Below the pieces are notes generated by a model. It was given only the letters and a program-made list of their open reading frames with translations. It searched no databases and was not told where the DNA came from. DNA of 64,000 bases, taken from IMG/VR virus record IMGVR_UViG_3300023179_000072, positions 17,338 to 81,337 of that record; one strand, given 5' to 3'. The position numbers and the translations under genes are program-made. Below, in pieces: positions 50,148-60,421 of the stretch (position 1 is its first letter; each line of letters begins with the position of its first letter). This DNA comes from a virus.

Positions 50148-52146
50148 GGAAGCTTGGCTTGGACTTGGTGATCTTGATAAGTTAATTATCAATGACAATC
50201 CAATGATAGGCAGATCCAAATCCGATATAGAGAAACCAGATTTGCACCTATTAAGACTATTAAGAGATCCAAAATATTTAGGAAGCACTTGTAAACTATT
50301 ATTTGACATAGAATTACATCCTATACAGATTGTTTTATTACAAGAATTCTGGTATACTCCTTTTCCAATGTTTATTGCTACTCGTGGTTTTGGTAAAAGT
50401 TTTATACTCGCCCTATATGCTTTGCTTAAATGTATCTTTATTCCCGGTACTAAAATTGTTATTGTTGGTTCAGCATTTAGACAAAGTAAAATTATTTTTG
50501 AATATATGGAAAATATTTGGAATAACAGCGCTATTTTACGTAGTATTTTTACTGGAAATAATGATGGTCCTAGAAGAGATGTTGATAGATGTACCATAAG
50601 ATTAGGAGATAGCTGGACTATTGCCGTGCCTTTAGGAACAGGAGAAAAAATTAGAGGTTTAAGAGCCCATATAATTATAGCAGATGAATTTGCTTCTATC
50701 TCTCCTGAAATATACGAAACTGTGGTTTCGGGTTTCGCTGCTGTTAGTGCTAGCCCAATACAAAATGTTAAAGAAGAAGCTCGTAAACAGGCTATGATAG
50801 CAGATGGATTATGGACAGAAGAACTCGAAGATATTCAAATTAAAAAGAACAATCAGGCTATTATCGCAGGTACAGCGGATTATAGTTTTAAACACTTTGC
50901 ATCATATTGGAAAAGATATAAATCTATTATAGAAAGTTGTGGAGATAAAAATAAATTAGAAGAATTATTTAAGGGAGAAATACCAGAAAGCTTTAACTGG
51001 AAAGATTATTCTATTATTAGAATACCCTATGAATTAGTACCTAAAGGATTTATGGACGATAAACAGGTATCTAGATCAAAAGCTACTATACATACTGGTA
51101 TATATAATATGGAATATGCCGCATGTTTTACAGAAGATAGCGATGGATTCTTTAAAAGAAGTCTTATTGAGAGCTGTGTGTGTAATGAAACCAAACCAAT
51201 AATTATTGGAGAAAAACCCATAATATTTGATGCATCAATAACAGGAAGCCCAAATCTGCAATATATTTATGGAGTTGATCCAGCATCAGAAAAAGATAAT
51301 TTCAGTATTGTGGTATTAGAACTTCATTCAGACCACTCTAGAATAGTATATTGTTGGACAACAAATAGAAATAATTTTAAAGAAAGACAAAAAACAGGAT
51401 TAGTTAAAGAATATGATTTTTATGGATTTTGTGCTAGGAAGATCAGAAGCTTAATGAAAACTTTCCCATGCTACAGAATAGGAATGGATGCTCAAGGTGG
51501 TGGAGTAGCTATAGAAGAAGCACTTCATGATCCTAGAAATTTGGAAGAAGGAGAAAGCCTAATATGGCCAGTAATAGAATCTACAAAATATAAAGAAACA
51601 GATGATAATCAAGGTCTTCATATTTTAGAATTAGTTCAATTTGCTAGAGCAGACTGGACTACTCAAGCTAATCATGGATTGCGTAAAGACCTAGAAGATA
51701 AAATTATTTTATTTCCAAGATTTGATCAATTAAGTTTAGCATTGGCTCTAGATAAAGAAAATCAAGATATTATGGAAACATCTTTTGATAATTTATATGA
51801 TTCAGAAAGTGAGTGCATATTAGAGATTGAAGAATTAAAAAATGAATTAACTACTATTATTATGACACAAACTAGTGGTGGCTCAGGAGCTAGAGACAGA
51901 TGGGATACTCCTGAAGTTAAAACTCCTAATGGTAAAAAGGGCAAACTAAGAAAAGATAGATATAGTTCACTAGTTATAGCAAATATGTTAGCTAGACAAT
52001 TAAGTAGAAGTTCTGAGCCAATTCAATATGATATTATTGGAGATAATCTTGCTAATCTGGAAAAACAAAAAGGAACTATGTATAGAGGGCCTAATTGGTT
52101 TACAGAAGAAGCTAATAATAATATATATAGAGGTATTTACAGGTAA
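50110..52146 (+). CDS. terL: Terminase large subunit
   Basis: Walker A ATRGFGKS, IRGLRAHIIIADEF Walker B, YGVDPA RNase H Asp, KDRYS. Confidence 0.9.
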   Translation: MKNMQDHKLKIYEEAWLGLGDLDKLIINDNPMIGRSKSDIEKPDLHLLRLLRDPKYLGSTCKLLFDIELHPIQIVLLQEFWYTPFPMFIATRGFGKSFILALYALLKCIFIPGTKIVIVGSAFRQSKIIFEYMENIWNNSAILRSIFTGNNDGPRRDVDRCTIRLGDSWTIAVPLGTGEKIRGLRAHIIIADEFASISPEIYETVVSGFAAVSASPIQNVKEEARKQAMIADGLWTEELEDIQIKKNNQAIIAGTADYSFKHFASYWKRYKSIIESCGDKNKLEELFKGEIPESFNWKDYSIIRIPYELVPKGFMDDKQVSRSKATIHTGIYNMEYAACFTEDSDGFFKRSLIESCVCNETKPIIIGEKPIIFDASITGSPNLQYIYGVDPASEKDNFSIVVLELHSDHSRIVYCWTTNRNNFKERQKTGLVKEYDFYGFCARKIRSLMKTFPCYRIGMDAQGGGVAIEEALHDPRNLEEGESLIWPVIESTKYKETDDNQGLHILELVQFARADWTTQANHGLRKDLEDKIILFPRFDQLSLALALDKENQDIMETSFDNLYDSESECILEIEELKNELTTIIMTQTSGGSGARDRWDTPEVKTPNGKKGKLRKDRYSSLVIANMLARQLSRSSEPIQYDIIGDNLANLEKQKGTMYRGPNWFTEEANNNIYRGIYR

Positions 52147-52195
52147 GCTGGTGTATATTAATATAAATCTATCGTAATACCAATGTAATACTATT

Positions 52196-54388
52196 ATGCC
52201 TAGAAAAAAAACAAACCAAAACAAAAATATCAAAAATGCGCCTCCGGCTCAGCCAGAATTAGCCTATATAACATGGTCAGATGATACAGCTTCCAAGCAA
52301 GAAGCCCTAAAAGAAGCATCCAAAGGACTAGATGAATTTAGACTAATAGATAAAACAGTTGCTAATAATAGTAGATATCGTTTAGATTTTTCTAACTTAG
52401 AGCCCAATACTAGCGGTAGACCAGGTTTAACTAGACGAGATTATGATTATTTTCGTCCAGAAGAATCTATTCCCATATACATAAAATCGATTTTTCAAAA
52501 AGCGATAATAATGTATGATAGGGTAGGAATAGTTAAAAATGTTATTGATTTAATGGCAGATTTTGCTTCTCGCGGCATCAGACCGGTTCATCCCAATAAA
52601 AGAATAGAAAGATTTTATCGTAATTGGTTTGATAAGGTTAATGGTGAAGATAGAAGTGAAAGATTTTTAAATAATCTTTATAAAGTAGGAAATGTTGTTA
52701 TTAATAAACAAACAGCTAAAATTACTGTTAAAATAGAAGAAAATTTATACAAGGCCACAGGAGCCACCGATATTATATTGGATAATGATGCAAAAACAGA
52801 AAAAAGAGAAATTCCATGGAAATATACTTTTATAGATCCAACCTATGTCGATGTAATAGGTGGACCTCTAGCTTCCTTTCTGGGAAATAGAGCATATTCT
52901 ATTACTCTCCCCGCAGGATTACGACAAATTATTAATTCACCAAAATCAGAATCTGAACAAGAAATGTTGCGTCAACTTCCTCAACAAATACTAGAGGCAG
53001 CTTTAAGTAAAAAAGAGTACATACTAGATTCTGCTAAAACTTATGTTTGTCATTATAAAAAAGACGATTGGCAGACTTGGGCATATCCAATGACATATGC
53101 TATTATGGATGATATTAATATTATAGAAAAATTAAAATTAGCAGATCTTGCTGCTTTAGATGGAGCAATATCAAATATTAGAATTTTTAAATTAGGAAGC
53201 TTAGAGCATAAAATAGCTCCAACAGCTGCTGCTGCTAGTAAATTAAGCTCTATTTTAGAAAATAATGTTGGTGGAGGTACTATGGATCTGGTTTGGGGAC
53301 CAGATTTAGAACTAATAGAATCAAAAACAACTGTTCATGAATTTTTGGGTGAAGCTAAATATATTCCACATCTTAATAGTATTTATGCTGGTCTTGGTAT
53401 TCCTCCAACCTTAACAGGAGCTTATGGAGCATCAGGAACCACAAATAATTTTATATCACTAAAAACTTTAACTCAAAGATTAGAATATGGCCGTAAAAAA
53501 TTAATTAATTTTTGGAAACAAGAATTTATAGCAGTACAAAAAGCTATGGGTTTTACTTATCCAGCTAAACTAGAGTTTGATAGAATGGATCTTAGTAATG
53601 AAGATGCAGAAAAAGCATTATTAGTTCAACTAGCTGATCGTAATTTAGTATCTGATGAAATGCTACAAAGAATTTTTGGTTTTGATCCAGAAATAGAACG
53701 AAATAGACTAAATAGAGAAAATAGAGATAGAAATAATGGTCGTATGATTAGAAAATCTGGTCCTTGGCATGATCCTCAATTGGAAAATTCATTAAAGAAA
53801 ATAGCATTACAAGGAGGTTCAGTTTCACCATCTCAAGTGGGACTAGAACTGGAAAAGAAAAAAAGTGGAGAAAAAAATTCATTAGAATTAAGATCCGAAT
53901 TAAATCCATCAAAAAATTTAAATAGTACACCCCAAATTGAAGATACTCCATCAGGACAACCTGGACAGGGTAGGCCAAAATTATCCAAAGACACCAAACC
54001 TAGAAAAAGTAAAACTTTTGTTCCTCAGACTGGCGCTTCTTTACATTTGTGGGCAATATCATGTCAAGATAAAATTTCTGAAATTTTAAATCCAATTTTA
54101 CTAGAATTTTATAGTAAAAAAAATATGAGAAGTTTATCTAGTTTAGAATATGACGAGGCAGAAAAAACTAAAACTAAAGTATTTTTATCATTAGAACCTA
54201 TGAAAAATATTGATGAAAATATTATTTTAGGTAAATTATCAATAATTAATGACTCTAATATTAATACAATATATAATGAATATATCAAATGGGCCAAAAA
54301 TATCTCTATAAATTTATCTAAAACCTTAACCTCAGAAGAACACAAATATAATAAAGCCTATTTTTATAGCTTGGTGTATAGTTCTTAA
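52196..54388 (+). CDS. Portal protein
   Basis: Directly after terL; VKNVIDLMADF, IYAGLGIPPTL portal-like motifs; size. Confidence 0.75.
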   Translation: MPRKKTNQNKNIKNAPPAQPELAYITWSDDTASKQEALKEASKGLDEFRLIDKTVANNSRYRLDFSNLEPNTSGRPGLTRRDYDYFRPEESIPIYIKSIFQKAIIMYDRVGIVKNVIDLMADFASRGIRPVHPNKRIERFYRNWFDKVNGEDRSERFLNNLYKVGNVVINKQTAKITVKIEENLYKATGATDIILDNDAKTEKREIPWKYTFIDPTYVDVIGGPLASFLGNRAYSITLPAGLRQIINSPKSESEQEMLRQLPQQILEAALSKKEYILDSAKTYVCHYKKDDWQTWAYPMTYAIMDDINIIEKLKLADLAALDGAISNIRIFKLGSLEHKIAPTAAAASKLSSILENNVGGGTMDLVWGPDLELIESKTTVHEFLGEAKYIPHLNSIYAGLGIPPTLTGAYGASGTTNNFISLKTLTQRLEYGRKKLINFWKQEFIAVQKAMGFTYPAKLEFDRMDLSNEDAEKALLVQLADRNLVSDEMLQRIFGFDPEIERNRLNRENRDRNNGRMIRKSGPWHDPQLENSLKKIALQGGSVSPSQVGLELEKKKSGEKNSLELRSELNPSKNLNSTPQIEDTPSGQPGQGRPKLSKDTKPRKSKTFVPQTGASLHLWAISCQDKISEILNPILLEFYSKKNMRSLSSLEYDEAEKTKTKVFLSLEPMKNIDENIILGKLSIINDSNINTIYNEYIKWAKNISINLSKTLTSEEHKYNKAYFYSLVYSS

Positions 54389-54420
54389 TAACCATTTATT
54401 TTTTGAAAGCTATAAAACAT

Positions 54421-56007
54421 ATGATTATATATAAATCAGAAATAGATGATGGTTTATCTGAAAAACTATATGCTAGTGCATTTGTATCATACGCATCTTT
54501 AGCATTCAAAGCTGATCAATTTGAAGAAAAAACCAAGTCTAATATTAAGAGTTTAGCTAATATTAATGATAAAGATTTATATTATGTTCAATCTATTTTA
54601 GTAAGTTCTTCATGGAATAAGAATGATGATATTTTTGATAAAGAAGAAGTATGGGCCGCTCGCAAAACACCAGAAGACAAACCAACTAATCTAGAACATG
54701 ATGAACATAATATTATTGGTCATATTACCGCTAATTGGCCAATTAATGAAGATGGAGACATTATAGATGAATCAACACAACCAAAAGATTTACCAGAAAA
54801 ATATCATATATTAACAGGATCAGTAATCTATACGGGATTTTCTAATACTGATCTTAGAAATAGAGCTTTAAATCTTATATCAGAAATTGAATCAGGAAAT
54901 AAATATGTTAGTATGGAGTGTTTTTTCCAAGGATTTGATTATGGATTATTAAATAATAATAATGGAGAATATAGCATATTAACTAGAAATGAATCTACTG
55001 CTCATTTAACAAAATATTTAAGAGCATATGGTGGATTAGGACATCATGAAAACTATAAAATAGGTAGAGTGCTCAGAGATATAACTTTTTCTGGAAAAGG
55101 TTTTGTTAATAAACCCGCTAATCCAGATAGTATTATATTTAATTCTGACAATCTAAAAATTAGTAAAGGTTATATAATAATAGAACCTAATAATAATTAT
55201 ATTATTTTATCCGATAACAAAGAAAAAAATATCAATTTATCAAAAATAGGTGTAAGTAATTGTTACGTTAATTCTAAGGAGAATATTAATATGAATTCAG
55301 ATAATCAAGTTGAAAATACCGAAACAAATACAGATTCTTCAAATCAGCTAACAGAGGCATTAAATCTAGTTTCATCATTAAAAAATGAACTAGCTCAAGC
55401 TCAAGTATCTTTAGCTGAAAAAGATAAGCAATTAGAAGAATATCTAAATAAGCTTAACTTAACTGATGAAGATCGTAAAACAATTCAAGCTCAACTAGAC
55501 GAAACATTAGCTCGTGAAAATTCTACTGTTGAAAGACTAAAAGCTGAGTTAGTTGCTGCAAATGAACTTATCGCAGCTTATAAAGCTAAAGAAGAAGAAA
55601 CAGCTAAAAAAGAGAAAAAAATGAAAAGAGTTTCTGATCTAATGGAAGCTGGTCTGGATAATGATACAGCAGTCTCAAGCGTCGAACAGTTTGAATCTCT
55701 TGACGATAATTCTTTTGATAATATCAAAACATTGATTACTGCTGTTAAAAAATCTCCTCTAACTAAAGAAGAAAAAGATCAGCTAGAGGATAAAGAAGAA
55801 CAAGATGAAGAACAAGATAAAACAGAAGATTCAAAGTCTTCGGTAGTCTTAGCCGATGTATCTATTCTTGAAACAGTAGAAACAGAACAAACAGCTGATT
55901 TAAGTGTTGGTGGTGAAGTTGCAACATCCGAATCTTCAACACGAGCTGCTTTGGTAGATTTTGTGTATAATAGACTAGGCAAAAAACCACATAATAAGGG
56001 AGAGTAA
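54421..56007 (+). CDS. Prohead protease/scaffold fusion
   Basis: N.NDD.F, LEHD, VSMEC, FSGKGFVNKPANPDS, then acidic coiled coil. Confidence 0.72.
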   Translation: MIIYKSEIDDGLSEKLYASAFVSYASLAFKADQFEEKTKSNIKSLANINDKDLYYVQSILVSSSWNKNDDIFDKEEVWAARKTPEDKPTNLEHDEHNIIGHITANWPINEDGDIIDESTQPKDLPEKYHILTGSVIYTGFSNTDLRNRALNLISEIESGNKYVSMECFFQGFDYGLLNNNNGEYSILTRNESTAHLTKYLRAYGGLGHHENYKIGRVLRDITFSGKGFVNKPANPDSIIFNSDNLKISKGYIIIEPNNNYIILSDNKEKNINLSKIGVSNCYVNSKENINMNSDNQVENTETNTDSSNQLTEALNLVSSLKNELAQAQVSLAEKDKQLEEYLNKLNLTDEDRKTIQAQLDETLARENSTVERLKAELVAANELIAAYKAKEEETAKKEKKMKRVSDLMEAGLDNDTAVSSVEQFESLDDNSFDNIKTLITAVKKSPLTKEEKDQLEDKEEQDEEQDKTEDSKSSVVLADVSILETVETEQTADLSVGGEVATSESSTRAALVDFVYNRLGKKPHNKGE

Positions 56008-56009
56008 AT

Positions 56010-56462
56010 ATGGCTCTAAAACCAGATCGTATTGAATCTTACACTGATATCTCATTTTTTTGTGATACAGTATCTGAGCGTGGCGGTATAGTATCCCATG
56101 TTACCGGCGGTAGCGGTGTAAGCATGGATGATGCTAATTCTGTTGTCAGATATGCGACTAATCAATCAGGCACTAAGCCAGCAGGCTTACTATTGAACGA
56201 TGTTGTTAATATTGATTTAACTAGACAGCATATCAATTGGAATAAAGATGAAGTCCAAGTTGGTGGTAAAGTTACTCTGCTTCGTCAGGGTCAAGTAACA
56301 ACCAATATGGTAGCTGCTGTAACTCCAGCAATTGGTGATGATGCATACTATGGCGCTAGTGGATTACTAACCAATGTTAGCACTAACAGTGTTAAGGTTG
56401 GCAGATTCCTAAGCGTCAAAGATGTTAATGGTTATGTTAAAGTTGACATCAATATTACCTAA
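56010..56462 (+). CDS. Capsid decoration/cement-like protein
   Basis: Between scaffold and capsid genes; beta-rich, PAGLLLNDV. Confidence 0.6.
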   Translation: MALKPDRIESYTDISFFCDTVSERGGIVSHVTGGSGVSMDDANSVVRYATNQSGTKPAGLLLNDVVNIDLTRQHINWNKDEVQVGGKVTLLRQGQVTTNMVAAVTPAIGDDAYYGASGLLTNVSTNSVKVGRFLSVKDVNGYVKVDINIT

Positions 56463-56484
56463 TTTTATAATGGAGAATAAACTT

Positions 56485-57489
56485 ATGACCACAAATAGAT
56501 TTGAACCCACACCAGAACTAACAGATCTTCTAGTACGTTCTGGTTCACAGAATAGAGAAGTTAGTTTAGCAGCCTGCCATGAGTTTGCTAAAGCTCTTGA
56601 GCTACCATTGCGTAAAGGTATTCTAAGCGGCGATATTCTAAGTGGTCTCTTTGAGCCAATCAAATTGGCCCCAGGAGCTACCCCAGAATTCCCACTAGAC
56701 TTTCTTGCTCCAGGTAGCGAAAAAGATTTTGTTGCTTATGTTATTCCTAATCACGGTTATATCCCAGAAAGACATGTCGAAGGCGATTATGTCATGGTTC
56801 CAACATATGATGTTGGCGCTAGTATTGACTATCTCCTAAAGTATGCTCGTGATGCTCGTTGGGATGTTGTTGGTCGTGCTATGGAGGTTCTAGAGGGTGC
56901 TTTTGTTAAGAAGATGAACGACGACGGTTGGCACACATTGCTAGCCGCTGGTGTTGATCGTAACATTGTTGTATTTGATAGTGATGCTGCTAATGGCCAG
57001 TTTACAAAGAGATTAGTCTCTCTCATGAAAACAGTAATGAGACGTAATGGCGGCGGTAACTCTACAAGTATTAACAGAGGCAAACTGACTGACCTTTATA
57101 TCTCGCCAGAAAGTATGGAAGATATCCGTAATTGGGGTATTGACCAAGTTGACGAGATTACTCGTAGAGAAATCTATGTTGCAGATGATGGCACTCTAAA
57201 TCGTGTATTTGGTATTAACCTACATGATCTTGATGAATTGGGCGAAGGCCAGCAATATCAGCTATTCTATAGCGATATTCTCGGAGCTTCACTACCCGGT
57301 TCAAAGAGCGAGCTTGTTGTTGGCCTTGATCTTCGCAATCGTGATAGTTTCATTATGCCAATAAGAGAAGAAGTACAGATCTTCGAAGACGATACTTTAC
57401 ATCGTCAGCGTAGAGCTGGTTACTATGGACATGCTGAAGTAGGCTTTGCCGTGCTAGATAACCGTAGAGTTCTTCTAGGCGCCGTCTGA
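56485..57489 (+). CDS. Major capsid protein
   Basis: Synteny, 334 aa, GGAG RBS, strong terminator downstream. Confidence 0.8.
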   Translation: MTTNRFEPTPELTDLLVRSGSQNREVSLAACHEFAKALELPLRKGILSGDILSGLFEPIKLAPGATPEFPLDFLAPGSEKDFVAYVIPNHGYIPERHVEGDYVMVPTYDVGASIDYLLKYARDARWDVVGRAMEVLEGAFVKKMNDDGWHTLLAAGVDRNIVVFDSDAANGQFTKRLVSLMKTVMRRNGGGNSTSINRGKLTDLYISPESMEDIRNWGIDQVDEITRREIYVADDGTLNRVFGINLHDLDELGEGQQYQLFYSDILGASLPGSKSELVVGLDLRNRDSFIMPIREEVQIFEDDTLHRQRRAGYYGHAEVGFAVLDNRRVLLGAV

Positions 57490-57521
57490 TCCTAAGATCT
57501 GCATTATAGTGTTATGTAAAT

Positions 57522-57557
57522 AAGAGAGCCAGAGGTATCTGGCTCTCTTTTTTTTTT
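57522..57557 (+). terminator. Intrinsic terminator
   Basis: AAGAGAGCCAGA-GGTA-TCTGGCTCTCTT plus T-run. Confidence 0.9.
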
Positions 57558-57610
57558 AAGGGTGTATATTACAGATAATATCATATTAGTAAAATCAGAG
57601 ACTAATTATT

Positions 57611-58015
57611 ATGCCAGCAAGCAAATATGATTTTTCTATCGAGCAAGGAACATCTTTTAAATTAGCATTAACTTATAAAGATTCTCAACAAACTCCCATA
57701 GATATTACCAATTGGTGTGCTAGATTAATTTGGACAACAGATGATGGATCTTCTCAAGCTTTTAGTACAACTAATAATGATAATAGCATTTATAAGTTTG
57801 ATATTATTGGACCAGATGGAAAACTAATATTACAAATACCAGCAAATACTACTAATCAGTTTTTATTTAATAAGGCTAAATATGATCTGGAATTAGAAAG
57901 TCCATATGATATGTATACCGGAGGAGGAAAAGAAACTATTAGATTATTATTTGGAACAATAAAAATTACTCCTAGATATAGTGAAACTAATACTCTATTA
58001 GATTGTCAAACATGA
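57611..58015 (+). CDS. Ig-like virion protein (BppU-N-like)
   Basis: IEQGTSF...PIDIT...YDLEL...RLLFG.I.I.P. Confidence 0.6.
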   Translation: MPASKYDFSIEQGTSFKLALTYKDSQQTPIDITNWCARLIWTTDDGSSQAFSTTNNDNSIYKFDIIGPDGKLILQIPANTTNQFLFNKAKYDLELESPYDMYTGGGKETIRLLFGTIKITPRYSETNTLLDCQT

Positions 58016-58275
58016 ATGATTTTATTGTAATAGTAGAAAATAATGAACCAAATACTATTTCTATAGAAACTAGTTTTTTAGACAATATAGATACCATAGA
58101 AATAGAAAGATTTTCAGCTCCTAGTGTAAATATATTAAGTGCTTCTACTATTATTAATGTTAGTGATTTACCTGATATTCCTTTTAGTAAAATAACAGGA
58201 AATTTGGATGTATCAAGAATAAGTAATTTGGATGCTTATCTTAATAGCTATACTTTTGATTGCGGCACACCATAA
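58003..58275 (+). CDS. Small virion-associated protein
   Basis: Ends FDCGTP, like the IDGGTP end of the next protein. Confidence 0.5.
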   Translation: MSNMNDFIVIVENNEPNTISIETSFLDNIDTIEIERFSAPSVNILSASTIINVSDLPDIPFSKITGNLDVSRISNLDAYLNSYTFDCGTP

Positions 58276-58302
58276 CTTTTTTATTTTAATGGAGAATACA
58301 TC

Positions 58303-60393
58303 ATGCCAGCCCTCACCACTATTCAGTTAAGAAGAGGAACATCAGCTCAATGGGCTAGTTCAACAAATGCATTAGCTCAAGGAGAAATGGGCTATGATAC
58401 CACGATTAAAAAATTCAAAATAGGAGATGGTACTAGTTTATGGTCTAGTTTACCATGGGCAAATATAACAGGATCAGATTTTGTAGCTGGTAGCGGTATT
58501 AATTTATCTTATAATTCGCCATCAGGATCAGTAACAGTTTCAGTATCAGGATTATCATCATCTTCTATTAGCGATTTTAATAGTAGTGTTAGCGGATTAT
58601 TACCTGTTAAAAGTATCACAGCTGGTAATAATATTACTATTACTCCTTCTGGAGACAAAAATTTTGTTATTAGTTCACCAGTAAATTCAGCTACTGTTCA
58701 GGATCTTATAGGATCCACTATAGTTGCAGGTAGTGGCATAAGAACAAGTTATGATAGTATTAATAAGGTAGAAACTATATCGGTTAGCGGATTAAATGCT
58801 TCTTATATTAGTGATTTTAATACTACTGTTAGCGGATTAGTAAATGGTATATATGCTCCATTAGTTAATCCAGCTTTAACAGGAACTCCCACAGTTCCTA
58901 CAGCAGCTGTTGATACTAATACTAATCAAATAGCTAGTACCTCATTTGTTCTTAATCAAGCATCATCTAGCACTCCACTAGCTAATGGAAGTGCTGCTGT
59001 GGGTATTTCAACAAGATATGCTAGAGCTGACCACGTTCATCCAACTGATTCATCAAGAGCAGCTTTGTCTGGTGCAGTATTTACAGGATCAGTTTCTATT
59101 CCTAGTGGTACTGGTAATTTTAATACTTTAACAGTAAATAATACTTCTGTTAGTGTTAGTGGTCATACTCATACATCAGCAAATATTACAGACTTTAATA
59201 GTGCTGTTAGTGGACTATTAAATGTAAAAAGTTTGGCTCAAGGAAGTGGTATTGGAATAGTTAATAATGCTGGAGTTCAAACTATTAGTGTTACTGGTAT
59301 TCCAAGTTCTTTTATAACAGATTTGGGCAACTTAGCTACTACCCAAGTTATTGGCAGAACAGGAATTGCTCTAACATATGATTCTGTTAGTGATATTATG
59401 TATATTGATGTTTCTGGGGTGTCTTTTAGTGGACATAAACATGTTTGGGGTGATATTACTGATGCTTCAACTAAAGCCTCATTAACAGAATTATCTTATT
59501 TATCCGGTGTTGTTCCTGGATCAGCAAGTGCTAGTAGAGCTTTGGTGGTAGACTCTAGTAAAAATTTAACAGGTATTAATAGTTTAATTACAGCTAGTGA
59601 TTTAACTGTTGGAGGTAATCTTACTGTTCAAGGAACCACAACAACAGTTAATAGTACTACTGTTAATATTGGTGATAATATAATCAGAGTTAATACTAGC
59701 GGATTAAATACTGGTGGGCTAGAAGTTTATACTGGTAGTACTACTCAATCGGTATTATGGAATAATACATCTAATAGATGGGAATTTAGTGGTGGAAATA
59801 TTTATACTAGCGGTAGTTTTATAGGAAGTTTAAGCGGAAATGCTAGCACTGTTACTAATGGTATTTATACTACAGATGTTGGAACTGTTACTAACTCTAT
59901 GTTGGCTGGTAATATAGCTAATAGTAAATTAGTAAATAGTTCTGTTACTATTGGTTCAACCCCAGTAGCTCTTGGTTCAACAATAACATCAATATCTGGA
60001 CTATCAACAGTAACATCTAATACTTTTGTTGGATCTTTGAGCGGCACAGCCACCAATGTTATAACTAATGCTAATTTGACGGGTCCAATAACTAGTATCG
60101 GTAATGCTACTACCATATCATCAGGAGCTATAGATAACTCTCATATTAGTTCATCTGCTGGTATATCTTATAGTAAACTAAATCTTTCTAATAGTATAAC
60201 TAATAATGATATTAGTAGTAGCGCAGCAATAGCTATTACTAAATTAGCTAGTAGTGGAATTACAATAGGATCAACATTTTATAGTTTAGGATCAACAGTT
60301 TCATCATTAAGTGGCTTAACCAGTATTGGTGGATCTAGTTCGTCAAGCCCCACCACCTTGTCATACTGTGTTATTGATGGCGGTACACCCTGA
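58303..60393 (+). CDS. Fibre protein with Mtd-N/hyaluronidase-like N-terminus
   Basis: IQLRRGT.AQW...LAQGE.GYDT...FKIGDG; AG.GI repeats; Ser/Thr/Gly-rich. Confidence 0.78.
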   Translation: MPALTTIQLRRGTSAQWASSTNALAQGEMGYDTTIKKFKIGDGTSLWSSLPWANITGSDFVAGSGINLSYNSPSGSVTVSVSGLSSSSISDFNSSVSGLLPVKSITAGNNITITPSGDKNFVISSPVNSATVQDLIGSTIVAGSGIRTSYDSINKVETISVSGLNASYISDFNTTVSGLVNGIYAPLVNPALTGTPTVPTAAVDTNTNQIASTSFVLNQASSSTPLANGSAAVGISTRYARADHVHPTDSSRAALSGAVFTGSVSIPSGTGNFNTLTVNNTSVSVSGHTHTSANITDFNSAVSGLLNVKSLAQGSGIGIVNNAGVQTISVTGIPSSFITDLGNLATTQVIGRTGIALTYDSVSDIMYIDVSGVSFSGHKHVWGDITDASTKASLTELSYLSGVVPGSASASRALVVDSSKNLTGINSLITASDLTVGGNLTVQGTTTTVNSTTVNIGDNIIRVNTSGLNTGGLEVYTGSTTQSVLWNNTSNRWEFSGGNIYTSGSFIGSLSGNASTVTNGIYTTDVGTVTNSMLAGNIANSKLVNSSVTIGSTPVALGSTITSISGLSTVTSNTFVGSLSGTATNVITNANLTGPITSIGNATTISSGAIDNSHISSSAGISYSKLNLSNSITNNDISSSAAIAITKLASSGITIGSTFYSLGSTVSSLSGLTSIGGSSSSSPTTLSYCVIDGGTP

Positions 60394-60421
60394 TTTTACC
60401 AAAATAAAAGGAGAATAATTT

